NCBI GenBank assembly: GCA_002457555.1
Contig: NTJQ01000003.1
Coordinates: 43,754 to 107,753 of the forward strand
Reading direction: 5' to 3'
Length of the DNA stretch: 64,000 nt
Origin: Marine Group II euryarchaeote MED-G37
GTDB taxonomy: Archaea; Thermoplasmatota; Poseidoniia; Poseidoniales; Thalassarchaeaceae
The notes below the pieces were generated by a model that had not been told where the DNA came from, did not search any database, and was given only the letters and a program-made list of their open reading frames with translations. Every line of letters begins with the position of its first letter. The first letter of the stretch is position 1. This document shows positions 19,000 to 31,200 of the stretch, piece after piece. Made by a program: the position numbers and the translations under genes.

Positions 19000-19938
19000 A
19001 TGAGCACTGCAAGTAAGGTTCGTCCTGCCCTGATGATATTGGTAGTGTACTTTCTCAGCACATGGGCTGCAGCTGCACCCGTTCAGGCTCAAGGAGCAGT
19101 TCCAGACATCACCTTGACATGCGACCAACCTCAACCAATTGACGTCTATCCGGGCGCTACGAGATCAAGTATAATCAACTGTCGAATTGAGAATCCAACC
19201 GTCCACCAAGAAAAGGTAAGGATCCAAATTCAAGCTGGAGTTCTCGCGTTCTCAGGTCCCGCCACTATGTCAATAGGAGGAGGCTCAGAGGTATCATTCC
19301 AAGTACTCGTAAGGGCTGAGCTCCGAGCTCCTGAAGGACAGCATCAGGTAACTGTCAGTGCAGAGGTGACGATGGCGAATGGAGTTCCGGTAACCAGCGA
19401 ACCATCGGCCGCTAATGTCATGGCGATTATCCGACAGTTCAGTCGACTTCGAGTGGCCTCGGAAGTAGCCTTCTTGCAATTACGTCCGAAGGTCGATTAT
19501 AACTTGGTTTTCGATGTTTATAATGACGGAAATGCTCTGGATCGATTCAATATTCAAATCGACAATTATGACCAATTGAACGATGATGGATTCCAACTAA
19601 GCATCCCCTTGGTCAGCGTGGAAATTGAATCTATGGCCCCTCCTGAGAAGATTCGAGTTCAGATGAGGACTCCGAAGAACCAAGGTTGGACGGATACATA
19701 TTTCTCCTTACAGTTCAAGGCGACGTCTGAATACTCTGTTAGGACAGAGGGTATCCCGAATTACCAAATTCAAACGATGACCGTTTACATCAGAGGAGTT
19801 TACCTTCCAGGCTTCGAATTGATTGGTACTTTGATGATTACCGCTCTAGCAGCGGCTGCATTTGCAGGTCGATCTACAAGACTAACCAATGATGAGGAAT
19901 CAGACGAGTTAGAACCGCTAGATGCTCGTTTGTTCTAA
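19000..19938 (+). CDS. Secreted Ig-like surface protein with PGF-CTERM-like sorting signal (choice-of-anchor T-like)
   Basis: Signal peptide ending AAAPVQA, two beta-sandwich-like units (VYNDGNALDRF), C-terminal LPGF + TM + basic residue. Confidence 0.6.
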   Translation: MSTASKVRPALMILVVYFLSTWAAAAPVQAQGAVPDITLTCDQPQPIDVYPGATRSSIINCRIENPTVHQEKVRIQIQAGVLAFSGPATMSIGGGSEVSFQVLVRAELRAPEGQHQVTVSAEVTMANGVPVTSEPSAANVMAIIRQFSRLRVASEVAFLQLRPKVDYNLVFDVYNDGNALDRFNIQIDNYDQLNDDGFQLSIPLVSVEIESMAPPEKIRVQMRTPKNQGWTDTYFSLQFKATSEYSVRTEGIPNYQIQTMTVYIRGVYLPGFELIGTLMITALAAAAFAGRSTRLTNDEESDELEPLDARLF

Positions 19939-19957
19939 CTGATGATAGCATATCTTC

Positions 19958-19974
19958 TGCCACCTTAGGTGGCA
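19958..19974. repeat. GC-rich perfect palindrome
   Basis: TGCCACC-TTA-GGTGGCA. Confidence 0.75.
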
Positions 19975-20027
19975 TTGGGTTGATAACCAACGCTGATGAC
20001 GCCTCGCCCAATTGAGAGGTTACTGGT

Positions 20028-21266
20028 ATGAGTGATGGCGGATTGCTTCAGAAGGCTATGGACGTTCAGCAACCGGCAGATGAGGTAGTCGCCGTAGCGG
20101 TATCTTCCTCGAATGAATCAGGAGATTCTCCAAGTATTGGTAATATCCTTGGGACAATTGGGTTAGGGATGGTTTTACCATTTTTCTTTTTGATGTGGTT
20201 TGGCGGGATAATTCCAGTAATCCCCTCCAGTTTGCTTTCGTTGCTTGTAATTCTCGTCTCGATTTCATTTGTATGGTGGAAATTGGGGGGAGGAATCCCA
20301 TCTATGGCCGGTGGGACTGGCATTAACAAAACTATAGCCGGTTCTGTTTTTGTTACGCTTCTTCTTCTTCTAGGGGCTCCTGCATTGCTATCTATTATCT
20401 TGACTGGAGACATGACTCTAGGCGAAATCGAGTTTGACGAAGAAGGTTCTGAAATGACAATAAAAGTCAGACAAAATGGTGGCTCAGGTTCACACGATGC
20501 AATAATCGCCATCAGCCAATCTGGTAGTGAAGTACTAAATGTGGTTCAATCGTTCAAAATCAATAAAGATGATAGTCGAGGAGATTATGGGGAGATTATC
20601 ATTAATGTGGAAGATTTCTATTCTTCTAACGCTCTTCCATTGGATACAAACAGATATGTCATCAGCGTCACGGTTGGGGGAAATACATTTACCGAAAATC
20701 TTGACTCAAATTTACTCACTAGAACAATTACCGGTGCAGAATCATCGGCGACCGCCTCACTCAGTAAAAATCCAGACGATTGTGGAGATAAAGAGAGGTG
20801 TGTCACAGGAGTTGCTCTAACTGGATCTGCGGGCTTGGCTGCGGCAGCAGGATACCCTCCTGCGGGCCTTCCACATGCCGATTATTCAATGGAAGTTACA
20901 ATGTATTACGAAGGAGATAATATTGCGATAAATTACCCTACAATTACTGTGGACAGCACAATCGCAACATGGGACTCTAACGGTGGTGAGTGGGGCTCTG
21001 GAAGTGGAATAATTGGTGATGCGGGTTCATCTTTACCGCTCGGTGGCTCGGAGTATGGCTCAGACATCCAAGCAGATATTATTCCAATCAGTGCTTGGGA
21101 GGAGAACGATTACGGTTGCTACACTGTACATATTGAAATTATTCAACAATCTCCATGGAGCGACAGTACACCTGTGATATTCGAGTCCTTCTATCTATTC
21201 GAGAAGACCGGAGACCAAGAAAACGGCGAATCCGAGACTTGGTCAGAGTCTACTGTTGCATGCTAG
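20028..21266 (+). CDS. Hypothetical membrane protein (3 N-terminal TMs, large acidic extracellular beta domain)
   Basis: 412-aa ORF, GAGAGG upstream, hydrophobic segments at about aa 40-125, paired Cys in the C-terminal part. Confidence 0.65.
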   Translation: MSDGGLLQKAMDVQQPADEVVAVAVSSSNESGDSPSIGNILGTIGLGMVLPFFFLMWFGGIIPVIPSSLLSLLVILVSISFVWWKLGGGIPSMAGGTGINKTIAGSVFVTLLLLLGAPALLSIILTGDMTLGEIEFDEEGSEMTIKVRQNGGSGSHDAIIAISQSGSEVLNVVQSFKINKDDSRGDYGEIIINVEDFYSSNALPLDTNRYVISVTVGGNTFTENLDSNLLTRTITGAESSATASLSKNPDDCGDKERCVTGVALTGSAGLAAAAGYPPAGLPHADYSMEVTMYYEGDNIAINYPTITVDSTIATWDSNGGEWGSGSGIIGDAGSSLPLGGSEYGSDIQADIIPISAWEENDYGCYTVHIEIIQQSPWSDSTPVIFESFYLFEKTGDQENGESETWSESTVAC

Positions 21267-21267
21267 G

Positions 21268-22959
21268 CTAGTACAATTCTTCTTCATCCTCTTCAGAGGA
21301 TTTTGACATTTTGAAGAAGAATGCACCCATAGCTACAGTTGCGATGACAAATGCAGCCAATACTGGTATAATTGAACCACCTTCATCATCTGTGGGGTCA
21401 ATCCAAGTGATTTTGTCACTCGAAGCGGTACCACCGCCGAATGCGTCCTCTTCTACTAGTTGAGTGGGTGTAAGTATCTCACAGGTTAAGCTTGCATTAT
21501 CAACGTCGCTATTCATCCATGAGAATTGAATTGTGACTTCTTCTCCCTCTTCGACTAAACCACCTGGATAACTCGTCATTTGTGCTGCTGTTCCAGTTTC
21601 ACTTACATCACAGGTGAAATAAACAATGGCTGGAGCAGTGCCACGGTTTGCGATTGTGGCCATCAAACCAACGCCACCACTTCCTCTTGATACACTGTCC
21701 GTTGGATTTTGATAATCAATCGAAACAAATTCAATTTGCGGGGTTTTTCCGTCTACCATAATTACTTCATCCCAAGTCAATGGAATTATACCACCACCAT
21801 AATCATCTAATGACTCATCCATATTCCAGCCTGTCCGATATTCCAGGATTTCTATACTTGCAGATTCTGTCCAAACACTTCCATCTGCCCAACCAATTTC
21901 TACAGTTCTTGCGTCACCAGAGTCAATTAGACCTACTCCACTTTCATCACTGAAATATGTCGAAGAAGTTATTTCATATTGGCCAAATTTCAGTATTCTA
22001 AACAAGACCCCTGCAGCATCAAAGTGTACTTCTTGTGAATCAATGATTTTTTCCCAGCGGTCGGTAAGTCCACCACTTCCAATTACATTTTCTCCCCAAT
22101 GCAATCTAGAATTTGCATGAGCGCGTACATCATGGTCATCTTTACTCATAGAAAATGTAGTTTCACCACTAATAATTAAATCAGCATTTGTGGAAGATAT
22201 GATTGGCCCCGTTCTTTCTATTGAGGTCGAATGTAACGTCATAATACCATCAACAACCACCATACATCCTAGAATTGAGGCTTCATCAAAATCAGCCGTC
22301 CCAGCAATATTTAGGTTACAGGTTTCACCATCCTGATCTAAGGCCATCATGTTTCGATATTCTAATTCGATAGCATCGTAGGTAATCGACGATCCAACTT
22401 CAGGAGTCAAGGTCACTGTAGTAAGATGAACAGATTGATGCCCATATCCTACTAAACCAACCCAAACATCTTCTGTATTTTCATCGAAAGAGAGGGTAAA
22501 TTCGCTACCGTTCAAATCGATAAGATCTTGCCCCTCAATAATCGCTTGGCCACCGTAAAATGTACTAGTTTCTCCTGAATAAAATGTAGCTTCAAAGCCT
22601 CCATCATAGTCAGAACCAGGTATCAAAACAGCAGATCGATTTGTTTCATCCCAATATCCGTAACCTGCTAATCCAGTTGGCGGATTTAAGTCTTTAATTT
22701 CTGAGTTGTGGACATTTAATGTACCTCCGGATTCGACATAAATATTTACTCCATCATGTATGTTTAAAGTAAGATCCCTGAGCGTTAAATCACCTCCGGA
22801 AACAATTCTTAAGTCCCTCTCCAATGAGCGATCTTCGATCCATTCAACCTGTGAATCAATGACAATTTCAGATGATTGCGCTACTGCATTAAGCGAGGTT
22901 GTTGCAGCTAAAGCGGTTAACAAAGAAATTGCCAATAGTACAGTCTTCGATTTACTCAT
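21268..22959 (-). CDS. Secreted/anchored surface protein (beta-rich, CARDB-like C-terminal domain, C-terminal TM)
   Basis: Signal peptide MSKSKTVLLAISLLTALAA from ATG 22959 (the track's longer start overlaps carS). ATIANRGTAPA CARDB-like motif; TM IIPVLAAFVIATVAMGAFFF, then acidic tail. Confidence 0.7.
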   Translation of the reverse strand: MSKSKTVLLAISLLTALAATTSLNAVAQSSEIVIDSQVEWIEDRSLERDLRIVSGGDLTLRDLTLNIHDGVNIYVESGGTLNVHNSEIKDLNPPTGLAGYGYWDETNRSAVLIPGSDYDGGFEATFYSGETSTFYGGQAIIEGQDLIDLNGSEFTLSFDENTEDVWVGLVGYGHQSVHLTTVTLTPEVGSSITYDAIELEYRNMMALDQDGETCNLNIAGTADFDEASILGCMVVVDGIMTLHSTSIERTGPIISSTNADLIISGETTFSMSKDDHDVRAHANSRLHWGENVIGSGGLTDRWEKIIDSQEVHFDAAGVLFRILKFGQYEITSSTYFSDESGVGLIDSGDARTVEIGWADGSVWTESASIEILEYRTGWNMDESLDDYGGGIIPLTWDEVIMVDGKTPQIEFVSIDYQNPTDSVSRGSGGVGLMATIANRGTAPAIVYFTCDVSETGTAAQMTSYPGGLVEEGEEVTIQFSWMNSDVDNASLTCEILTPTQLVEEDAFGGGTASSDKITWIDPTDDEGGSIIPVLAAFVIATVAMGAFFFKMSKSSEEDEEELY

Positions 22960-23049
22960 CGGTCTGCCGTACGGTAAGTAATCAATGAAGCAATCGGCGA
23001 CATGTGTAGGAAACCGAGAGTTCTTCCCAGATGAGTAATTGGCCAGTTC

Positions 23050-23737
23050 AATGTCTAGTATGGCGGCACTTGCGTTTCCGGACAGTACCGCTGGAGATTT
23101 TGTAGTAAACGTACTAACTGTTCTGATTCTATACGGACCTGCATATTTAGCAAACACTGGAGCTATGCTTTTTGGCAAATGGATTCCTGATAAAACTGGA
23201 TTTGAAAGCCACAAAATCGACGGAGGCAAGGTCCACTCTGATGGTAATAGGCTTCTAGGCGACGGTAAGTCTTGGGAGGGTCTTTTTGGGGGAGGTATAT
23301 TTTCCGGAATATTAGTAATGATTGCACACTACATATGGGGTGATAACACCCCCACTTCAGATCGCCCATTCATCGACCCCTTGTTAACCTCTGATTCATC
23401 TGATTGGTTTTGGATTGGCAATGAATGGATTGCTGCATTTGTACTTGGATTCACCCTAGGTTTCGCTTGTATGTTGGGTGATATGACCGGGTCTTATGTG
23501 AAACGTAGACAGGGTCTGAAGAGAGAAGGGGAAGTTAGTTCCAAGGCACCGCTTTTAGACACTCTTCCGTTTGCAGTTTTCATCTTCTTGGCCGCGGCTA
23601 TATCTTTCAACGATCAAGTAATGATGCATTCCGATCTAACATTACCGATTATTACAATCATTGTCTTGACTCCGATAATTCATCGTTCTTTCAATATTCT
23701 AGGATATAGACTTGGATTGAAGTCTGTTCCATACTGA
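23050..23737 (+). CDS. carS: CDP-archaeol synthase (DUF46)
   Basis: PAYLAN, IDGG...DGNRLLGDGKSWEG, LGDMTGSYVKRRQG, APLLDTLPF, HRSFNILGYRLGLKSVPY. Exact start uncertain. Confidence 0.9.
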
Positions 23738-23817
23738 TGAGATTTCTGTATTTCTTTGAGTCCTAAGAGATTAACTATTGGAATGCATTATGTTTGTAAT
23801 CGATTGCGAGTGCAAAC

Positions 23818-25086
23818 ATGGCTGGAATGAAGGTGCTTATTGTAGGCGGTGGAGGGAGAGAACACGCCCTTGCAATCGGACTCTCGGAAAGCCCCTCAGT
23901 CGAATCAATTCATTCATGCCCGGGCAACGCAGGAACTTCGATGTTAGGCATTAATCACAACGTTTCTGTTACAGACGTTGATGCGATTGTTACGCTTGCA
24001 ACTAAATTATCAGTTGACCTTGTTGTAGTTGGCCCAGAAGCTCCCTTGGTTTCGGGGCTTTCGGATTCTTTGAGAGGCAGAGGGATACCTAGTTTCGGCC
24101 CACATTCAGAAGGTGCCGAATTGGAAGGTTCCAAACTCCACGCCAAGCAGGTGATGGAAGAATTAGGAATACCAACCGGAGGCGTTCAGGTTTTGCAGCC
24201 TGATTCCGACATCGATGCAGCCTTATCTTGCTATTCAGCACCTTGGGTAATCAAGCGAGATGTACTGGCTGCTGGAAAGGGTGTCGTAGTAACTGAGGAT
24301 GTAGACGAGGCCAGTAATTTCATTCGAGATTCTATCTCTACGGATGGTTTTGTTTTATTGGAAGAGTTCCTCTCAGGGGAGGAAGCATCTATGCTTGTAA
24401 TTATGGATGAATCTGGCTTTATTTGCCTACCTGCAAGTCAAGACCATAAGAGAGTAGGAGAGGGAGATACTGGACCAAATACTGGTGGTATGGGGGCATA
24501 TGCCCCTGCTCCGATAATAACTGAATCAGTAAGGCAAAGAGCGATACAGGAAATTGTCGATCCAATGCACCATCATTTGCGTAATCAAGCGATTCCATAT
24601 CGAGGAGTTCTTTACGTCGGGCTGATGGTTAATGATGAAGGCGCACCTAGCGTAGTTGAATACAATGTTAGATTCGGAGACCCGGAAACTCAAGTAACAA
24701 TTCCATTGATAGAAAGTGACCTTGGAGAAATGCTTCTAGCAGCTGCTGAAGGTAGGATTGAAAGTTATCAGCCTATCTTTTCAAATAAGTCCGCAGTTAC
24801 CGTTGTTTTAGCCTCAGAAGGATATCCTGGTCCGTCAAAGACTGGTAGGGAGATTACTGGTGAGAGTACTAGAATCGAAGAAGGAGAAATCACCGCGTTT
24901 GTGCATCAAGCAGGGACCAATCGCAATGAGGATGGAAAACTTCTCTCAAGTGGAGGAAGGGTACTCTCCGCAACAGCCGTAGCATCCGATCTTTCAAGTG
25001 CTGTCGACGCCGCTTACGCCGTTATCGATGAAATCACTCTGGAGGGCTCACATTACCGGAGAGATATCGCCTATCGGGCTCTTTGA
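23818..25086 (+). CDS. purD: Phosphoribosylamine--glycine ligase
   Basis: GGGGREHAL, VVGPEAPL, LEGSK, LAAGKGV, QDHKRVGEGDTGPNTGGMGAY, EYNVRFGDPE, GGRVL, YRRDIA. Confidence 0.97.
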   Translation: MAGMKVLIVGGGGREHALAIGLSESPSVESIHSCPGNAGTSMLGINHNVSVTDVDAIVTLATKLSVDLVVVGPEAPLVSGLSDSLRGRGIPSFGPHSEGAELEGSKLHAKQVMEELGIPTGGVQVLQPDSDIDAALSCYSAPWVIKRDVLAAGKGVVVTEDVDEASNFIRDSISTDGFVLLEEFLSGEEASMLVIMDESGFICLPASQDHKRVGEGDTGPNTGGMGAYAPAPIITESVRQRAIQEIVDPMHHHLRNQAIPYRGVLYVGLMVNDEGAPSVVEYNVRFGDPETQVTIPLIESDLGEMLLAAAEGRIESYQPIFSNKSAVTVVLASEGYPGPSKTGREITGESTRIEEGEITAFVHQAGTNRNEDGKLLSSGGRVLSATAVASDLSSAVDAAYAVIDEITLEGSHYRRDIAYRAL

Positions 25087-25110
25087 GTGGGTTTTCTTGA
25101 AAACTAGGCA

Positions 25111-25125
25111 CGCTACTACGTAGCG
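25111..25125. repeat. GC-rich perfect palindrome
   Basis: CGCTAC-TAC-GTAGCG. Confidence 0.7.
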
Positions 25126-25141
25126 GAAACACCGCGAATGG

Positions 25142-25201
25142 TTATAACAGAAGTTTTGGTCGCCGCGACGCTGAGCCTTTAGGCTGCAAATAGACGGTGA
25201 T
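25142..25201 (+). promoter_or_regulatory. Canonical TATA box (TTATAA) and RBS (GGTGAT) upstream of aglB
   Basis: TTATAA at 25142-25147; GGTGAT at 25196-25201, 6 nt before ATG 25208. Confidence 0.55.
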
Positions 25202-25207
25202 GAAATA

Positions 25208-28200
25208 ATGTCTTATGAAAACGGGAAAACGGGGGACGTCGGCCAGTACAATGGACTGGTTTCGGCTCCAGCGGTGTTAGCAGGATTACTAATCTTACTT
25301 TTCGCCGCTACGTCCCTCGCTGATGATGTGATGATTGACGTAGGAAAGTTGGTTATCCTTCCCGCCGCAGCCGCACTTGCGGCTGTTACGGGAAGGTTTT
25401 GGGTATCTGCCCTTCCTGATGATTCTCCGATAAATCGAAACTCGGTTTTCGTACTATTTTTTGCAGTCGTACCGATAGCATTGGAATCCCTCGGATTTAT
25501 TGACGCCATACTTGCAACCACTTTTGCATTCATGGCGGTTTCAACATTAATTCTTGTTAAATCTAGTAGAAACGAGGAAGCGACTATTCTATTCACTATG
25601 GTCGCAGGATTCCATGTTTCTGTAGCCTACGCAGCGTCAATGCCGGAATTGACACTTTCAGAAGGAGATACTCTAAAGAATCTGCTTATCGATGTACAAA
25701 GGGCCGGTATAGCGGCTAATTTCTTTTCCTTTTACGCTGCATCATTGACGCTAGGTACCATTTTGGCTATTGCTTTCAGAGGATATCTGTATGATGGAGG
25801 AAACGGGTCTTTGTTTGAAAGGCTACCACAAAAAATTGATTTTTCAGAACACCGTGATTTATTGATCACTGCAGTTACCTTATTGATTGTTAACTTAATT
25901 CCACTTTGTTCATTGGCAAGTATTTCCAATGCTGGTGCCTTTGAGGAGCACCACTACCTTGGCGGCGTTTGGGCTCTAGTCACTTCAATAGTAGTGATGT
26001 TTGTAGCCTTCTGTCGTGCTGAGCGATGGCATGTTCTCGGAGCGATAGTTGCGGTAAATTGGCTAATCTACACATTAGCTCACTTGGTAGAGAGAGGCTC
26101 TAGCCTTCCAGAACAATTAGAATTCCTTGCTGGGAATGATTTCGGCGGGGCATTCTCTTGGTTCTTCATCACATTCTGGTTGAATGTGCTAGGGATCATG
26201 CTTGCTTCTAGCGGACGGTTCGGAGATATTGCACCCCGCCGAGAACCCAGCCAATTCCGTTTGTGGTGGAGAGACCATTCCTATTCAATTCTAGTTGGTT
26301 CCGCAGTTATTGTTGGTCTTTTAATCAGGACTGGTTGGAATGTACTTCCCGCAATGAATGCGAATATAACCGGACTTTGGGATATGACCGGAGGTTCTGA
26401 TCCTTGGTACATGAAGAGGGTTGTTGACTACATCGTAGCAGAGCATGCCCACTTCATTTTCGATGCAGATAGAGCTTACCCGAGTGGCGGAATTAATCCT
26501 CGACCTCCACTATTTTCGTGGTGTTTAGCACTTGGTGGCCTTGCACTCGAGTGGCTGACTGGCATTACCGCCGAAGAAGTCGTTTGGTGGTCAGTTGCAG
26601 GTTTACCAGCCATCTTCGGAGCATTGATTGTTCTACCGGTTGCAGGTATTGCAAACCGCCTTCACAGTGCACAGGCAGGAATATTCGCTGCTTGGCTTAT
26701 GGCACTAATGCCTGGTCACATCAGTCACTCAACATTTGGTCTAGCCGACCACGATTCGTTTGCACTGCTTTTCCTTACCTTAGCCATCTACTTCTGGGTT
26801 AGAACATTAGGGGAAATTGGTAGTGAAAGAGTATTCCGTAATCCAAGTTCCAATCCATTGTACTTGGTTGCAGGAATTCGAGAGATGTGGAATCGCAATC
26901 CAGTAATGATGTCCTATGCAACACTAGCCGGTATTAGTTTCTCAACAGTGGCGCTTGGTTGGAAAGGATTCGTTTACGGACCTGGAATTTTATTCCTTGC
27001 TTTTGCATTCCAAATCATCCTCAATATGTTCCGTCGACGTGACAGCCTGCCTCTTACTTCGGCAGCTTTGCAGATGATGTTTACAACCTTCCTAATTCCG
27101 CTACCATTCTATATCTGGCCTGGGCTTAACTTACTCTGGGCTCCTAGTGGTTTCCAACCTATGTTCTACATTGTTGGATTTACAATTGCCTTAGGTTGGG
27201 TGGCATCTAGCTTCCGAGACAAACCTTGGCTGCTAGTGTTAGGTAGCGGTGGCGTACTGTTTGGGGGCATCCTGTCGGCATTGTGGGTTCTACAAACCGC
27301 TGAATATTACGACGGTTGGGATATCCTATTCACAGGTGGATTTTATTTCTCAAAGAACAAGATTTTCGGAACAATTGGAGAAGCTCAGGCACCGAGTAGA
27401 GGTGTGCTATTCGCTTCCTTTGGCCCGATTGTTACATTGATTGCATTAGGTTATGCATTCATCCTTCTTTGGCGCGGCGCTCGAGAAGAAAAGCAAGGGT
27501 TGTCGCTTGTTGGTTTGTGGGTTCTAATTGCCTCATACATGGCTTGGACTGCTGGAAGATTCATTCTCAACGCAACTCCAGCAATGGCCGTCGTTGGTGC
27601 AATAGGTATAGCCGCACTTTGGAAGAGGGCTGATTTCTCTGGCTTTACCAAAGAATGGCGCCGTGCCGGAATTGGAACTCCAAAGGCTCGATTCCGATCT
27701 GTTAGAACTGCCAGTGTAAAGAAGCCGATGATTCCAGCCCTAGTCCTCGTTTTCATGCTAGTTGCAACTCAGCACGCAACCTATGGTGTAGACTCAGGTA
27801 TTCCAAGGGGTGAGACAGCATCCGGAGATGTCGATCAGGTGATTTACGATATTACTCCAGATGTAATGAGATTCGATTTAGGAGGGCTATCGCTTCTGGA
27901 TAGCAGTTCCTACAACCCAACTGCGAACTGTGGAAATGGTTGCTGGTACATGGGGACATTCGGTCCTGGATTCAACGGAGGCGGTTGGAATATGGCCTAT
28001 GAGTGGCTTTCAGAACAAGATTCAGATGAGAAATTTGGTGAAAGACCTGCATTCGTCTCATGGTGGGATTATGGGTTCCAAGCATTGGATTCCGGAGAAC
28101 ACCCTACCGTTGCTGACAACTTCCAGTCTGGAATTCCACATAGTGGTGGTATGTTGCTATCTTCAGGTCAGGAAGATACTCTAGCGATGTTTATCACCAC

Positions 28201-31200
28201 TCTCGCTCAGGGAGATAGAAAATATTCCGGAAACGGACAATTTGGTGAAGATTTCACTAACGTTATCCAGCACCACCTGTCTGCACAACAAATTCAGGAG
28301 TTCCAGGATATTCTATCGCTTGGTCCTGGCCAAAAACAATCCGTAATCGATCGTTCTTTAGTTCTAATCTATCAAAATGTTCAGGAGATTCAGGATTCTT
28401 CCTTTTCAGCAGGAAACCTCAAAATCACCACGGATTTGATGCATGGGACCGTCCTTGATGAAAATGGACTTCCAACAGAACCAATGTGGTTTGTATTCAA
28501 AGATGGTAAGCAAGTTGGTAATTCTACGACAAACGAAACAGAGGCTAAATCGATTTTCAACGAAGCACGCGGATCTAGCCAACCCTATGAAGAGGAAACA
28601 ACTCATTACGATATTGGCGGTTACAGATATACTGCTGACTTAATCGAAAGTTATGATGACGTTTCAACAAACTTACACCGTTCAAACGCTAAGTTGGGTC
28701 TAGCAAGGGCTTTCCTAACCACTGCCCTTAATCTCGATGAATTAGTAGAACTGTACCATGACATCTCTACCCAAGTTGTGTATGAGGTTCAGGATTACGG
28801 AGGTAGTTTGGGAGAAACTATCGAACGAAACAACGAGATTCGCTACTTCGCTATAGACGATAGATTGTACCCACTTGGCGGAGCTTATTATGCCGACCAA
28901 AGTTACCATCGAGGTCAAACTACGGGAATTTTCTACGCTCCAACCACCCTATCTGGCCTTGATCCTAATCATTACATTGAATCGGTTTACGAAACCCAGC
29001 GCGGTGATAGGCCGACAGTCTTCATGAGTGCTGAGCGCTATGAGCAGGAGTATATGTCTGATGTTGTCAAGCAGCAATCTGGAGCAATGGAAGATTCCAC
29101 AGATATGATTCAACTTGTCGATATACAATATCAGCAAACAGAATCTTTCTTCGAAACAATGGTTGCTAGAATCTATGTTGGATACGGAACCTCAAGCTTG
29201 GGATTAACGGTCGATCCATCTCAACCTGGGCCAACCTGGGCAATAAGTGGAACGCCGGGTTCTCCATTAGAGAATGCGTTCCCTCTTCCTGGGGCTATGA
29301 TGAATCATTTCGTAATAGCCAATTGGTACGATGACGGCTCTGATTCTCCTGATGAAGACAACAACAGCGTACCTGATATTTTCGATGGTGGCTATGCCGC
29401 AATCGGGCGAGCTAATTCCAATGTCAAGATAGTCAAATATTACAGTGGAGCAACCCTAGAAGGCACAGTTGAATTGGATGGAATTGGTCCAGTTCCGAAT
29501 GCTAGAATATTGATTGAAAGAGATGCATTCAGTGGTGAAGAGATCGCCGATGAGAATGGAACTGTGACCGATCAAGACTCTCGAACCTATTGGGTTCCTA
29601 TCGGCACTGTAGACGCGGATGAGAACGGAGATTATTCATTCACTGTTCCAGCAGGTAAGATTAGAGTTTCAGCCTTCTTTGGCGAACCTGATATCAGAGC
29701 TGCTCGCGATCAATTAACAAGCGGTTCTGGCGGTATGCTGCAAGATGTAGCCACAGAATCAACAATTGGGGTTAGAAATGTCAACTTGATCACTGGAATA
29801 CTGGGTAATGTTTCTGGCTCTCAATGGCTATCAGAGACCATAATAAACGTCTCAGGGGAAGCTGGTCATTCCAATGGTCAAGATATGATTAATGCAGATA
29901 TCACCGTAGAACCCTCATTCTCCACCGGCCGATTAGTTTGGAATGGCATGGGCTCCTTTAGTGGCGAAGCAATTACCGATGCTGTTGTCGAGTTATCCCC
30001 TGCTTGGGATCAAATTCAGATGCAACCGATTTTGCTCGAAACTTCCACAGGAAGCGTAAACGGACCTGACCTAGCCTTCCAAGGAATAGGTCAGGTGACA
30101 TTTACCGGTGAAGGTGAAGTCATCAGCAATGGTCTGATGACAGTAACCGATTTTGTAGGCACACACAGGCAGACCATTTTGAGTGGACACAGCCTAACCG
30201 GGTCCGGAGAATTTACCGGGCGAGGAACACTTTCCGGAGTGATTGATGGAGTGGATATTGTAGACGGAAATTGTAACGAAAACGGAACAATGCCGGAGAA
30301 TTACTCTGTTTGTTCTCTATATGATGGAGACTTCTTGATTGAGGGCGCAATTAACGCAACCGGTCGATTTACATCCAATGGTACATCTTCATTCTCGCAA
30401 GAACACAATGGTTCATCTCTCACCGGCGCAGGTGTATTTTCCATTGATGCTAGTAATGAGGAACTAGACACCTATGGAACCCTAAATGGCACAGGAACTT
30501 TCAGTGGAGAAGGTGAATTTAGCGGCCCTATGGTTCAAGCGGGGACATTCCACTTGATCGATGCTATACCTGGGAATTACAACGTGGCAGTAGTCTTCAA
30601 TGACGGCACTAGAATCGAAATTATTGACGGATTTAATGTTCCACATCAGGGTGTGCCATCTCTCAATCAAATCGATGTAGCGGGAGGAGTAATCTCCGGC
30701 ACATTAACTGATGAGAATGGAAATACTTTGTCGGGTTCGGTTACAATGGTCAAACTTGAATCTGAAAATGACACCACTGTCGGGGAATGCAGTGAAGTCA
30801 TGTACGCGCCATGTCGATTAACTGCAGATGCGAATGGGTCCTTTGAGTTCGGACCAATAGTTCCAGGAGAGTACATCTTTGAGTTGGATATGGATGAAGA
30901 TGGATTCAATGAGGTTGAATTGACCCATGAATTCGATGCGGATATGGACTCACAAGTTAACTTCCCAACTCCTATACCTACAGTATTTGATTTGAGGTTC
31001 TCATTAACTCAAGTTGTTGATGGAATGGAAACATCTGTTGAATATCTCGACAATTTGACTTTGGTTAAGAGTGATAATTCAGCAGCACCAGTTATCGCCG
31101 TATTCGATAACATCAGTGGTGAATACTTAGCTGAACTACCACAGGGCCAATGGATTCTAAGCCATGACTTGAGTGATTCTGAGCAATTATGGGAACAAAT

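Noticed and set aside
22960-23229. N-terminal extension of the 653-aa minus ORF overlapping carS
   Set aside because: The signal peptide begins at ATG 22959; the extension overlaps a well-supported gene on the opposite strand.
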